Shown: one piece after another, positions 1 through 9,600 of the stretch
Numbering within the stretch: the first letter of the stretch is position 1
Layout: each line of letters begins with the position of its first letter
NCBI GenBank assembly: GCA_964019335.1
Contig: OZ025727.1
Coordinates: 372,001-436,000 of the forward strand
Origin: Diplonema japonicum
Taxonomy: Eukaryota; Protista; Euglenozoa: Diplonemea
Direction: 5' to 3'
DNA: 64,000 nt
Program-made: the position numbers and the translations under genes
Notes under the pieces: generated by a model
What the model was told of the DNA's origin: nothing
What the model saw: the letters and a program-made list of their open reading frames with translations, nothing else
Databases searched by the model: none

Positions 1-1607
1 ACGACGCGCAGCGTGTACACCGGGAGAGGCAAAGTACGGGAACCTACGAAATCGGAGCTAAGTGCGAGGTCGGCGGAGTCGGCGGTCGGAGCAGCATCGA
101 ACAGACAACAAAGACTGGAAAAGCTGAAGCACAAGATCCGCAGTGCGAAACAGCAAATGCTAGGGCTTTATGAAAACGGACACTGCGGTCCGCCGCCGGT
201 AGAGTTAAGGAACGTCCTCAGAAATATTGCGACTCTAGGAGAAGAACTGAAGGTTGACAACTGCCAGGTGGACGCGACAGGGGGTATCGACAGCATCAGG
301 GAGGAGCTGGACATAGCAGAGGACTTCGCTCAGGGAATGCTATCAGAGCTACTCCAATACCGCAAGAGAATGCAGACGAAGGCCTACGAACGCTCAGTCC
401 GTGCTGACTTTGGGGAAGAACGCAAGCACATCACAGCCTGGGTCAGAGACCGCCCAAACCAGAGAACGGACGTGGTTGAGGCAGCAGACGGAGGGGTGAC
501 GGCGAACCTACAGGAAATGGACAAGGTGATGCGGAACGCGTGGTCGGGCGTCTTCTGTGCGCGAACACCCGAGGAAGAGCCACAGTATGAGCGGTTTGCA
601 CAACGTTACGGGGACCTGATCAAGAAAGCCCCAATGGCACGGACTCCCATCACTGCAGAACAGCTGAGGGAAGTAATCAGGAAGAAGCCGGAGAAAGGAG
701 CATGTGGCGTGGACGGTTGGCGGATGAGTGAACTGAAGCGTCTCCCAACGAGCATCCTGAAGGCTTTCGCAATCTAGTGCCACAACGGCTGTCTCTCGAC
801 CTCATGGACGCCCTGGGGATGGACCAATCCATAGGGAGAGCACTCCAAGGGATGTACACCCAAATCACAAGGAGGTTCAAGTACCCCATAGGAGTGGGAG
901 ATACGTTTGAGACAACGAACGGAATTCTCCAAGGATGCCCCCTGTCAGTCATCGTCGTCAACGCCCTGTTGTCCATCATGGTGCGGGCAGTCGAGCAAGT
1001 CGCGCCAGACGCCGAAGTGCTAGCCTACGCTGACGACGCATACCTGCTGGCAAAGCTGCGTGGCTCACTACAAGCTGCGGTCAATGGGACATTGGAGTTC
1101 TGCGACCTGACGGGGATGGAAATCAACAAGGAGAAGACTGTTGGTTTCGGCACTGCTGAAGATTTCAAGTCGAAAGTCATAGGAAACCGAACGGAGATGA
1201 GGAAAGGCTTGGAGGTCGCGGTACCCTACAAGACGGTGACAGACCTCTGCGGACTGGGGGTGAAGATCAACACACGCAGGACAGGAACGACGTGGAATAA
1301 ACCGACCACGGGGGCGCTTGGCTCGCTGGACCGACTGGGGGGCACAAGGATTGCTTTCGAAACCAAAGCACACTTGGTCAGCACGACGGCGGATGAACAG
1401 AAGAGCGTGAAGTCCCTCATCGCAATAGGTGGGAAAACGACTATGGGTTTCGCCAGGAGGCCCATCTTCGCCACCCACTCCACGCACGACAAGCTGATGG
1501 AACTGAAAGCCGCTTACAAGCGAGACCGCATCACGCGACTCCGCAAGACGCTCAAGGCCTCGATTGGAACGAAAGCAATGCTCCAGAAGGGGAGTATAAA
1601 TAGATAG
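1..1607 (+). mobile_element. Decayed non-LTR (LINE-like) retrotransposon; reverse transcriptase region, internally deleted and frame-broken, 5' part outside window
   Basis: ORF 13-777 ends with the RT domain-0 motif KGACGVDGWRMSELKRLP then stops. ORF 777-1607 (other frame) has GILQGCPLSVIVVNALL, AYADD and GMEINKEKT. The RT motifs normally between these blocks are absent. Confidence 0.85.
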
Positions 1608-1995
1608 CCCCCCCAACCCACCCAAGGGCGGCCCTCCATGAGGGGGTTTGTCCTGCACTTTGAGTTTTTTTCTATATTCACTCAGTGTGTCGGGGTGTTT
1701 CAGAATGTCGTGAAAAAAAATCAAAAAAACCACTTTTTTACCGCCAAGGAATGACTTTACCATGCCTCAGGTCCTCAGGCCAACACGGGAGCCTCGAGGT
1801 GGCAGTGAAAGTCATTTCTTAGCTTGGCAGCTATGATTTTATACATCCCCCCCATCCCCACCTCCTTACAATTCCTCCTTGCCTCTCGCTTCATTATTTA
1901 TTTATATATTTTTCTCTTTTTTTTTTTTTTTTTTAGATCAATTATTCACACCAGTTGGGAGGCCCTTTTTTTTTCGGGTGGATCAGTAAAGCAGA

Positions 1996-2670
1996 ATGAT
2001 AGAGGCGCAGGTTAAGGATTTTTCAGTGTTGGATAGAAAAGCTAGTGCAAAGCTGCTAGGGGTTGAGACATGGAGCAGCATGACATGGGGTGAAAGGCTG
2101 AAGGAGCTGGAAAAGAAGAAGAGCGCAGAGGGGTTTCAAGCATCTATTGGAGGGCAGTTCTTAAGGAGAAGGGCAAGCAGCATGCGTGGGGCCCTACGTG
2201 ATGAAAACATCGAGCTCGCTCTAGTGTGGCATGAAGTCGAAGAGGTAGCAGCTACAGAACTCCAGCGGCTGGGCAGAGGACTACGTGAAAGAACACGAGT
2301 TGCCGGCTTCACTGTGTCCCCACCCTCCCCTAGAAGGTACGAAACATTCATGCTCGAGCGAAGCGACCCAACAACTCCTCTAGGCTTGACCTTACACGAG
2401 ACAATGGTCATCAAGCAAGTGCTTCCTGACACGCCTTCTCACCATGCAGGCCTTGTCCCTGGAATGCACCTTCTGGCTGCCGACGGCACACGTACCCGAA
2501 CTCCTCAATCACTGCCTCCTCTCTTTGAAGGCAAACAGGTTATCATCCTTACCGTCCGTGCCCCGCTTGCCACGCAGCCCTGTTCCTGGTGCGGTTCCGT
2601 GGCCCCTGTGCCCCTCGACACCCGCCCCCTCCTCCTCGACGGACGGCAGTCGTGCTGTTGTGTGTCGTGA
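1996..2670 (+). CDS. PDZ-domain protein with a C-terminal CaaX-like end (CCCVS)
   Basis: LERSDPTTPLGLTL...VIKQVLPDTPSHHAGLVPGMHLLAADG...VIILTV fits the PDZ consensus; pyrimidine tract upstream. Confidence 0.7.
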   Translation: MIEAQVKDFSVLDRKASAKLLGVETWSSMTWGERLKELEKKKSAEGFQASIGGQFLRRRASSMRGALRDENIELALVWHEVEEVAATELQRLGRGLRERTRVAGFTVSPPSPRRYETFMLERSDPTTPLGLTLHETMVIKQVLPDTPSHHAGLVPGMHLLAADGTRTRTPQSLPPLFEGKQVIILTVRAPLATQPCSWCGSVAPVPLDTRPLLLDGRQSCCCVS

Positions 2671-2861
2671 GTACTTTTTTTTTCTTTCTTTTTTTTGTTA
2701 AAAGTGAAATGCGTTGAGGGCTTCATGCGTTTGTTCATTGTTTAATGATGGTTTCCACCACCTGTCTTTTCTTTTCTTCTTTTTTTTTTGTTGCTGTTGT
2801 AGTTGTTTTTCAAAAAAGAATCCTGCGTTTCTAAATCAATAAAGGTAGCGGTGTTGCGGTG

Positions 2862-4019
2862 ATGGCCGACGTCATAGGCTCACTGTTCGGCAGCTCCCTT
2901 ACGGTAAGCCTCGACGAGAAGCGGAAGAACATCGCCCTGGTCAATATAACCAAGGTATATGGGGGGAGCAGCACTGCGGTGTTTTGGATGGTGGTGAGCA
3001 GGGGGATAAGAAACGGGGGGTGCGGGTGGTACCGAATAAAAGAGCAAGACAGCGAGAGGGAGTGGGTGTCTGTGTGCGAGAGGTGGGTGATCCGACGGGA
3101 CTGGTGCGCTGCGATCTGGCTGCTAGTGTATGACGGGCGCGTGGTGGACGTCAGCGGTGAGACAAACCTGATGCCGCACCAGGTGGAGTGGAGCGGGCCG
3201 ACGAAGATCGTTGCAAGGCGCCACGTGCGGAAGGACGAGATGGTGACGTGGATAGCACGGTTCGCGATGTTCCAAAAGACATACACCACACGGCTGCAGA
3301 GCATCCCGTCACGGCAGACAATAGCGCACATGGTGAACATGATCCACGTCTGCTTCCTCACAACGCGGAAGCATTGGATCTTCTTCCAGCGCTTCCGTAT
3401 CTCCTACACGCAATCGGTGCGGCTTTGCAAGTCATTGCAGCATACCTTCCGTTCCTTCCAGAAGCAACGTGCAGCCCTTCTTGACGCGCAGCTGGAGCAT
3501 TGGGAAGCCGACAACCGTAAAGAGCGTAAAAGGATTTCTGAATCCCTCCTCAAGCACTTCACGCCTGCCTTCCATTCTAGCACGCTCGATAAGCTTCGTG
3601 TCATCGACGGCTGCTCCGCTGAGGAGAAGCGTGCTGCGCTTGTCACATTGTTCACGAGGAAGCAGCTTGCTGTGGGGTGTCGTGTTGGCCGCTTCACATG
3701 GACCGGCTTCTCCCTCCCTCTTAACGAGGCGAAAGATGTTCTTCACGAGCTCCGCGAGCGTTGGGCGGTAACACGCTGCCTCGTGTTGAAAGGCCAGGCG
3801 TTCCCATCGTCCCCCAGAGCACCCGAGGAATGGTCTATCAAGTGGTTGAAATGGCACCCCCCGCACACAGTGGTGGTCTTCCCCCCGAGGAGGTCCCGCA
3901 GGCATACGACACCTGCCATCGTCATCAACAAGCCTTTCACCCCTGCCCCCCCTCGCTTGCAGAGCCGCCGGTACACTGCCCGCCCTTACATTTCACACAC
4001 ACGTCGCAGTCTTTCTTAG
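2862..4019 (+). CDS. Hypothetical protein (~385 aa)
   Basis: Long + strand ORF in GC-richer sequence between T-rich spacers; no family recognised. Confidence 0.6.
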   Translation: MADVIGSLFGSSLTVSLDEKRKNIALVNITKVYGGSSTAVFWMVVSRGIRNGGCGWYRIKEQDSEREWVSVCERWVIRRDWCAAIWLLVYDGRVVDVSGETNLMPHQVEWSGPTKIVARRHVRKDEMVTWIARFAMFQKTYTTRLQSIPSRQTIAHMVNMIHVCFLTTRKHWIFFQRFRISYTQSVRLCKSLQHTFRSFQKQRAALLDAQLEHWEADNRKERKRISESLLKHFTPAFHSSTLDKLRVIDGCSAEEKRAALVTLFTRKQLAVGCRVGRFTWTGFSLPLNEAKDVLHELRERWAVTRCLVLKGQAFPSSPRAPEEWSIKWLKWHPPHTVVVFPPRRSRRHTTPAIVINKPFTPAPPRLQSRRYTARPYISHTRRSLS

Positions 4020-4114
4020 GCCGTTTCCACAGCCTTTTCCTCTTTGTATTTCATCCTTTCTGCGGCTTTTATGTGAGATATTGAAAAAAAAAGAAAAGGG
4101 GGGGGGATATTTCA

Positions 4115-4720
4115 ATGACTGTCACGGAGTACGATGCAGTGAGCACTGAGGAGCCGGAGGACACTGACCTGCCGGTGGTGGGCCAGCCTGTCGTGGTGCA
4201 AAGAAGGCTCGTGCAGAGACCCGCACAAAATGAGTGGACTGTCGGGTTGTGTGGTTGCTGTGATAGGGGGAATGCGATGCAACTGTGCTGCAACGTGTAC
4301 TGGTGCTTCCCTTGCATGATAGGGAGGGTGCACTCGGCACTTGAAAACAAGCCGGATCACATGAATCCTGTTATGTGCTGCACCGTAGTTTCTATAGGGG
4401 TCCTCACTGCCACCCTGTCAGCTGTCCTTCCTCTTGTCACAAATGGTGCTGTTTCTACTACAGCCCTTAACATGGTAGGTTTAGGCTGCGTCATGGGGGT
4501 GGTCTCCTTTCAAAGAGAGGAGCTGAGAAAGAAGCATGGTATCCGTGGAGGTGAGTGGGGGGATTGCGTCGCTTCGCTGTGCTGCCCCGTGTGTGCTGTG
4601 ATGCAGCACCACACAGAACTCACCGAGAAAGGTACAAACCCTGGGTACTGCTGTTGTGAGGCCAGTGCTGAGGCCCCTGATGGGCACGCCACTGTGCAGC
4701 CTGGATACCAGGTAGATTAA
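4115..4720 (+). CDS. PLAC8 family Cys-rich membrane protein
   Basis: WTVGLCGCCD...CCNVYWCFPC and REELRKKHGIRGGEWGDCVASLCCPVCAVMQ are the PLAC8 signature blocks. Confidence 0.9.
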   Translation: MTVTEYDAVSTEEPEDTDLPVVGQPVVVQRRLVQRPAQNEWTVGLCGCCDRGNAMQLCCNVYWCFPCMIGRVHSALENKPDHMNPVMCCTVVSIGVLTATLSAVLPLVTNGAVSTTALNMVGLGCVMGVVSFQREELRKKHGIRGGEWGDCVASLCCPVCAVMQHHTELTEKGTNPGYCCCEASAEAPDGHATVQPGYQVD

Positions 4721-4815
4721 CTTCGTTTTCAATTATCGTTTACTTTTGTTTTATTTTATTTTCTTTTCACTCCAACCCCTCTCTATTTCTTTTTCCTCTT
4801 GATTTCAATCTTTGA

Positions 4816-4860
4816 GAAGAAGAAACAAAGAAGAAGAAGAAGAAGAAGAAGAAGAAGAAA
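4816..4860 (+). repeat. (GAA)n microsatellite
   Basis: Direct reading: about 10 perfect GAA units plus degenerate flank. Confidence 0.9.
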
Positions 4861-5923
4861 AAGGAAGGGGTGCCTCTCACCTTTAATGTGTTTTTTTACT
4901 TGAGATGGGCCGTTGCTAACCACCTTCGTTTCCTATCAGAGTGATTTTTTTTTTTTTTTTTTATTATCGCCATCTGAGCATCACTCACCCCTCATTGAAC
5001 GGAAGAAGAGAACTATACTGTGTGCTGGCAGGTGAACAACATAAAAGAAGAAAACCCAATTTTGTATTACTGCTTGCGACAGGGAAAGAGAAGTCACCAC
5101 TCACCACCCCCCCTTTTGTGGAAGAGGGAGGTGCAGCACAGGCTAATTTCGATTTGGTAGAAATTCTTTTTTTTTTACTAAACTTCGTTTTCGACCATTG
5201 TGTTCTTGTTGGGGCATAAAAGAGTGGGAGAAAAGAGAATACAAGTTTATCCGACTCATCGTCACCAACAGCTCTGAGGTCCTGCCTTAAGAGCATTTTT
5301 CTTAATTATGTGTCAAAAAACAACCGTTGCGTAATGGCCATCTTATTATTCTCTTTTTTATCTTTTCTTTTTCTTTTTTGTAGCCGTAGGACTAGCTGGT
5401 GAAGCGCCAAAAACGAAAAACCTGAAATGTCTAGTTTTCTTTTTCTTTTTTTCTTTTTTCTTTTAAAACAATATATATTGCAGTGGATTGTTGTTTTGTT
5501 AAACAATAACCGACAGAAGACTCCCAGAAAACCCTTCTTGTATTTTATCTTGTCCACCTTTTTAAAAGTCTGAATTTAATATGCATTGGGAAACTTTCTA
5601 TTCTTCTTCGGCATCTTGGGCCACGACAGGAGACTACTCTCATCATGACGAACAGCCACCTCAGGCACCAGACTGGTGTGAATTTCTTTCTGAACAGTGG
5701 GCACCCCGCCGTTCATCGCGTTTTTCGTTTCCTGTTACTGTCTCTTCAATCTTCGACTCGAAGTGTTCAGACCCATTTTTTTTCCTCTTTTTACGAAAAT
5801 AAAGAAAAGAAAATACGCTCACACACCCCCTTATTTTTGTTCTTTTTTTTAAAACAACATCCGACGAAAGAAGAGTGCCGCCCGTTAGGTTTTTTCTACA
5901 CTTCAAAAAAAAAAAAAAACACA

Positions 5924-6166
5924 ATGACCGCTGCGGCCGCTCCCACACTTGGCGCTGGCGCTCCTGCCCAGCCTTCAGGGCTTCTGACTAATGATCAGCT
6001 GCAGGCATCTCACGCGCCCCAGTCGCTGAAGACTAAGAACGTTGCAGCATGCATATCGTTCTGTGGAACCTCGTATGTGATTTGTGATACAAGAAAAACT
6101 TGACTTATTTACAACACCTCCTTTCTCAGACCAATTTGCCAGTCTGCCTGCAAGAAGTACGCATGA
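5924..6166 (+). CDS. 61-aa Cys-rich microprotein, copy 1; join(5924..6072,6130..6166)
   Basis: Removing GTATGT...TTCTCAG (57 nt, contains the in-frame stop) gives ...ACISFCGTSPICQSACKKYA*, colinear with copy 2. Confidence 0.75.
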
Positions 6167-6295
6167 GCGCCCTAAGGGGCCAACACCGCTACACTGCATG
6201 GAAGATGCCACTACCAGTACACTTTTCTTTTGCGAAGAATATAAGTTTCTTTTTTTTTAAAGCCCTTCCCCAAAGGATTATTTACACAAAGAGAG

Positions 6296-6520
6296 ATGCA
6301 TGCATCGTCAGCACCCACACTCGCTGCAGGAGCACCCGCTCCCACCGGTCTGCTGAGTGACGGCCAGCTGCAAGCGTCACATGCACCGCAGTCACTGAAG
6401 TCAAAGAATATCAAAGCCTGCAACGAGTTCTGCGGGACAAATTCGTATGTCGTTTTCAAACAGTTTTCTTCACCTTTTTACAGGCCTATCTGCCAGTCGG
6501 CCTGCAAAAAGTACGCATGA
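6296..6520 (+). CDS. 61-aa Cys-rich microprotein, copy 2; join(6296..6444,6484..6520)
   Basis: GTATGT...TTTACAG 39-nt intron at the same phase-2 position. Exons conserved with copy 1 with many synonymous changes; introns unrelated. Confidence 0.75.
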   Translation: MHASSAPTLAAGAPAPTGLLSDGQLQASHAPQSLKSKNIKACNEFCGTNSYVVFKQFSSPFYRPICQSACKKYA

Positions 6521-6672
6521 AAGCAAAGGTCTTTCCCAATTACACTAAACAGAAAATATTGTCCGCTTTTTCTTTTCTTTCTTCAACTATTCGTGGCGCC
6601 ATTTTCAGATATTATCCAGGCAGGGGAAAAGAAGAGAAAATAGGTGAAGATCTTCATGGACGAGCTGTGGCG

Positions 6673-9600
6673 ATGAGTGCGCTGCGGTATCCCTTGCTAC
6701 CGGAGGAGACGGCAGCAAGGCGGTCGGAGTATACATCCGAAGAAGGGGCAACGGAGCAAGGGCGAACAAGAACAGAGTCAGTGACCAGCGGGAGGACAGG
6801 TGCAGAGGCAGCGGGAAGGCAGCGGTACGAAAGGAGTAGGGCGTTCTTCTGTGTGTACCCTGACGGATGCTTCAGGGGTGCCTGCATCGACATCGTGTGC
6901 AACGTGTGGTTCAACAGAGCCATCTTGGTGTGCATCTGCATCAATGCCCTGACCATCTCTCTAGACGACCCACTGCACGACAACCTCCCCTACTCCTTGC
7001 GGTACACCATTGAGGTGATCGATAACATCTTCCTTGGCATCTTCACCTTGGAGTTCATTGTCAAGCTCGTCGCAATGGGCGGCTTCGTTCACCGCTCGGG
7101 ATACTTCCGCGAGCTGTGGAACTGGCTCGACTTCGCCATCGTCTTCTCCGGCATCTTCGGCCTCATCATGCCGCACGCCGCGAACCTCAGCATTTTGCGT
7201 GTCGTAAGGATCTTCCGCCCACTGCGTACCATCTCCCGTGTGAAGGGCATGCGCGATCTTGTCGACACGCTGGGCACCTCGCTCCCCATCTTGCTCAATG
7301 TCATGATGTTGTGCTTTTTCCTCTTCTTCATCTTCGGTCTTGTAGGAGTCATTTCGTGGTCCAGCGCACTCCACAACAGGTGCTACGGGTGGTCTGACGA
7401 GGAGGACGACTTCACCTACACCACCGTGTGCGGGAACGACAGCGTTTTCGAGTTCTTCCGAGTCAACTGTGCTGAGAACAGGACGTGCGTGTCGGGTGCG
7501 CCAAATCCCAACCCTTGGGCGAACTGGGACCACGTCGGGTCATCGTTCCTAGTGGTGACGCAGTGCCTCACCCTCGACGACTGGGTGACCCACATGTACC
7601 ACGTGCAAGACGGGTGGTCGCCCTTCGCCGCTGTCTACTTTGTTGTTGTGACGCTAGTCGGTGCCTTCTTTCTGCTGAACCTTGTCCTGGCCGTGATCAC
7701 TGACTCCTTCACAAGGTTCGCCATCGAGGAAGATGACAAAGACCTGCAGGCTGCGAGGGACAACATGCAGCAGCGTGTTATCAAGCAAAGGACAGAACAG
7801 GAGGCTTCCGAAGAAGGGGGAGAAGCTAACTACAGCGAGCTCCCCTCCGAGACTACTTCGAGCTGCAGCAGCAGGCCTGACTCTCCTGGCTCCCTCCATG
7901 AAAACAAAAATGTCGCCGCACGCAGTCGCACCCGTCAGAACAGTTTGTACCTGAACTCTTCACTACCAGGCCTTGAACAGGGTGCTCAGCGTCTCTTGCG
8001 AGATCAGTCAACCAAGAGAGAGTGGAAAAAGTTCACTGAAGGGCTTGACAAGGCAGGCAGGAAGGCCATCAAGAATTTCAGGAAGCTCGAAGGGTCCCGT
8101 GAATGGACGTCGCATGTACGCGGCATAACAGGAAGGAGGAGGGCGGGGACATGCATCCAGCCGTCCATCGACAAGCTGCAAGGCATGGAGGACGGACCCA
8201 GGAGGCGGAGCGAGGGTACTGTGATTTCAAAGAAGATCAGGAATAAGATCGTTCAGGCGCAGACCATCGAGAGCTCCTTGACCTTGAGATCCCTGGACGC
8301 GCAGTCGAGGAAGAAGCTGATGCAGTTCACCGACTCTGCCTACGCGGTGCAGCTCACAGATGTGAACGAGGTTTCATCGGAAGGGACCGCGGTCACCTTA
8401 ACCAACATGAACAGCAACTTCGGCCGTAGCGAAAACAGCAACGAGAACAACAACCACGGCAACGGTGACAGAGGCACAAATATCAATGCCAGCGAGGAGA
8501 ATATGAACCCGTTGATGTTTCCAAAGTCGATGAGGACGGCGTTGGTGGAACCCGAGAGCCTCGCTGAAGGTGAGGCGATCGACAGCGCATGGAAGCTGCA
8601 TTTGAAGCCGGACAGGGCGTCGGTGATGAGGAACTTCGGAAGGGACATCGTGACGCACCCGTACTTTATCAATGTGATGACGGGCCTCATTGTTCTGAAC
8701 GCGCTGGTGATGTCCGTGGAGCACTACCACATGGAGCCGTGGATCAACGACGTGCTGGAGCTCTCTAACATCATCATCGTGTCCATCTTCACCTTCGAGA
8801 CTGTCATCAAGCTCCTGTCGCTCAGCTTGCCAGAGTTCTACGAAGACGACTTCAACGTCATCGACGCTGTCATCGTTGTCATGTCGCTTGCAGAACTCAT
8901 CTTCCTCAGCTCCTCAGCGGCCACAGTCTTCAGAATACTCCGCCTTGCACGAGTCGTACGTGTTGTCAAACTAGCACGTGGCTGGCGGGTGCTGAAGCAT
9001 ATCGTCAAAACGGTCGGATCGTCGCTGTCTTATATGGGGTACCTGCTGCTGTTGCTGATGCTGTTCATATTCGTGTTCGGCATCCTCGGGAGGCAAATGT
9101 TCGCAGGCAAGGTGAGCCGCTGCTGCGTGCAAGACGACAAAGCAAGCGGTCTCTACAACTGCTACAAGGACACCGACGAGCACTACATATACGACGCATG
9201 CTGGAATACAGCATGGAAGCGAACACACTTCGACACCCTCTTCTGGTCGATGATTGCCGTTTTTCAGATTGTGACGCAAGACAACTGGACGGCTGTCATG
9301 TACAAGACAATGTCTGATGTGGGGGGCTTCTCGGCGGTGTACTTTCTCATCATTTTGATATTCGGGAGATACATGCTTCTCAACCTCTTCGTGGCGATCC
9401 TGCTTGTGGGGCTTGAGAAGGAGCACGCCAAGCGCGACGAGCTGTCGTCCGCTGACGGCGATGCATGTGACGACTTCAATGGTGTTCTGGACGACAGCAG
9501 CGAGGAAGAAGAATGCGAGTACCCACCACAAGTCCGCTACGAGGAGAAGCAAGCACAACGTGAGTACACAAAGTCCACTAAAACTGCTATGCGCAGCACC

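Noticed and set aside
1670-1720. Similarity to 30280-30330 (CTCAGTGTGT...TTCA.AAT)
   Set aside because: Too short and AT-rich to call a shared repeat by eye.
5581-5802. 73-aa ORF MHWETFYS...
   Set aside because: No motif or paralogue and ends in a T-tract; cannot be supported.
6517-6672. N-terminal extension of the channel in the ORF track
   Set aside because: Overlaps the microprotein stop and crosses a T-rich spacer that looks like a trans-splice region.
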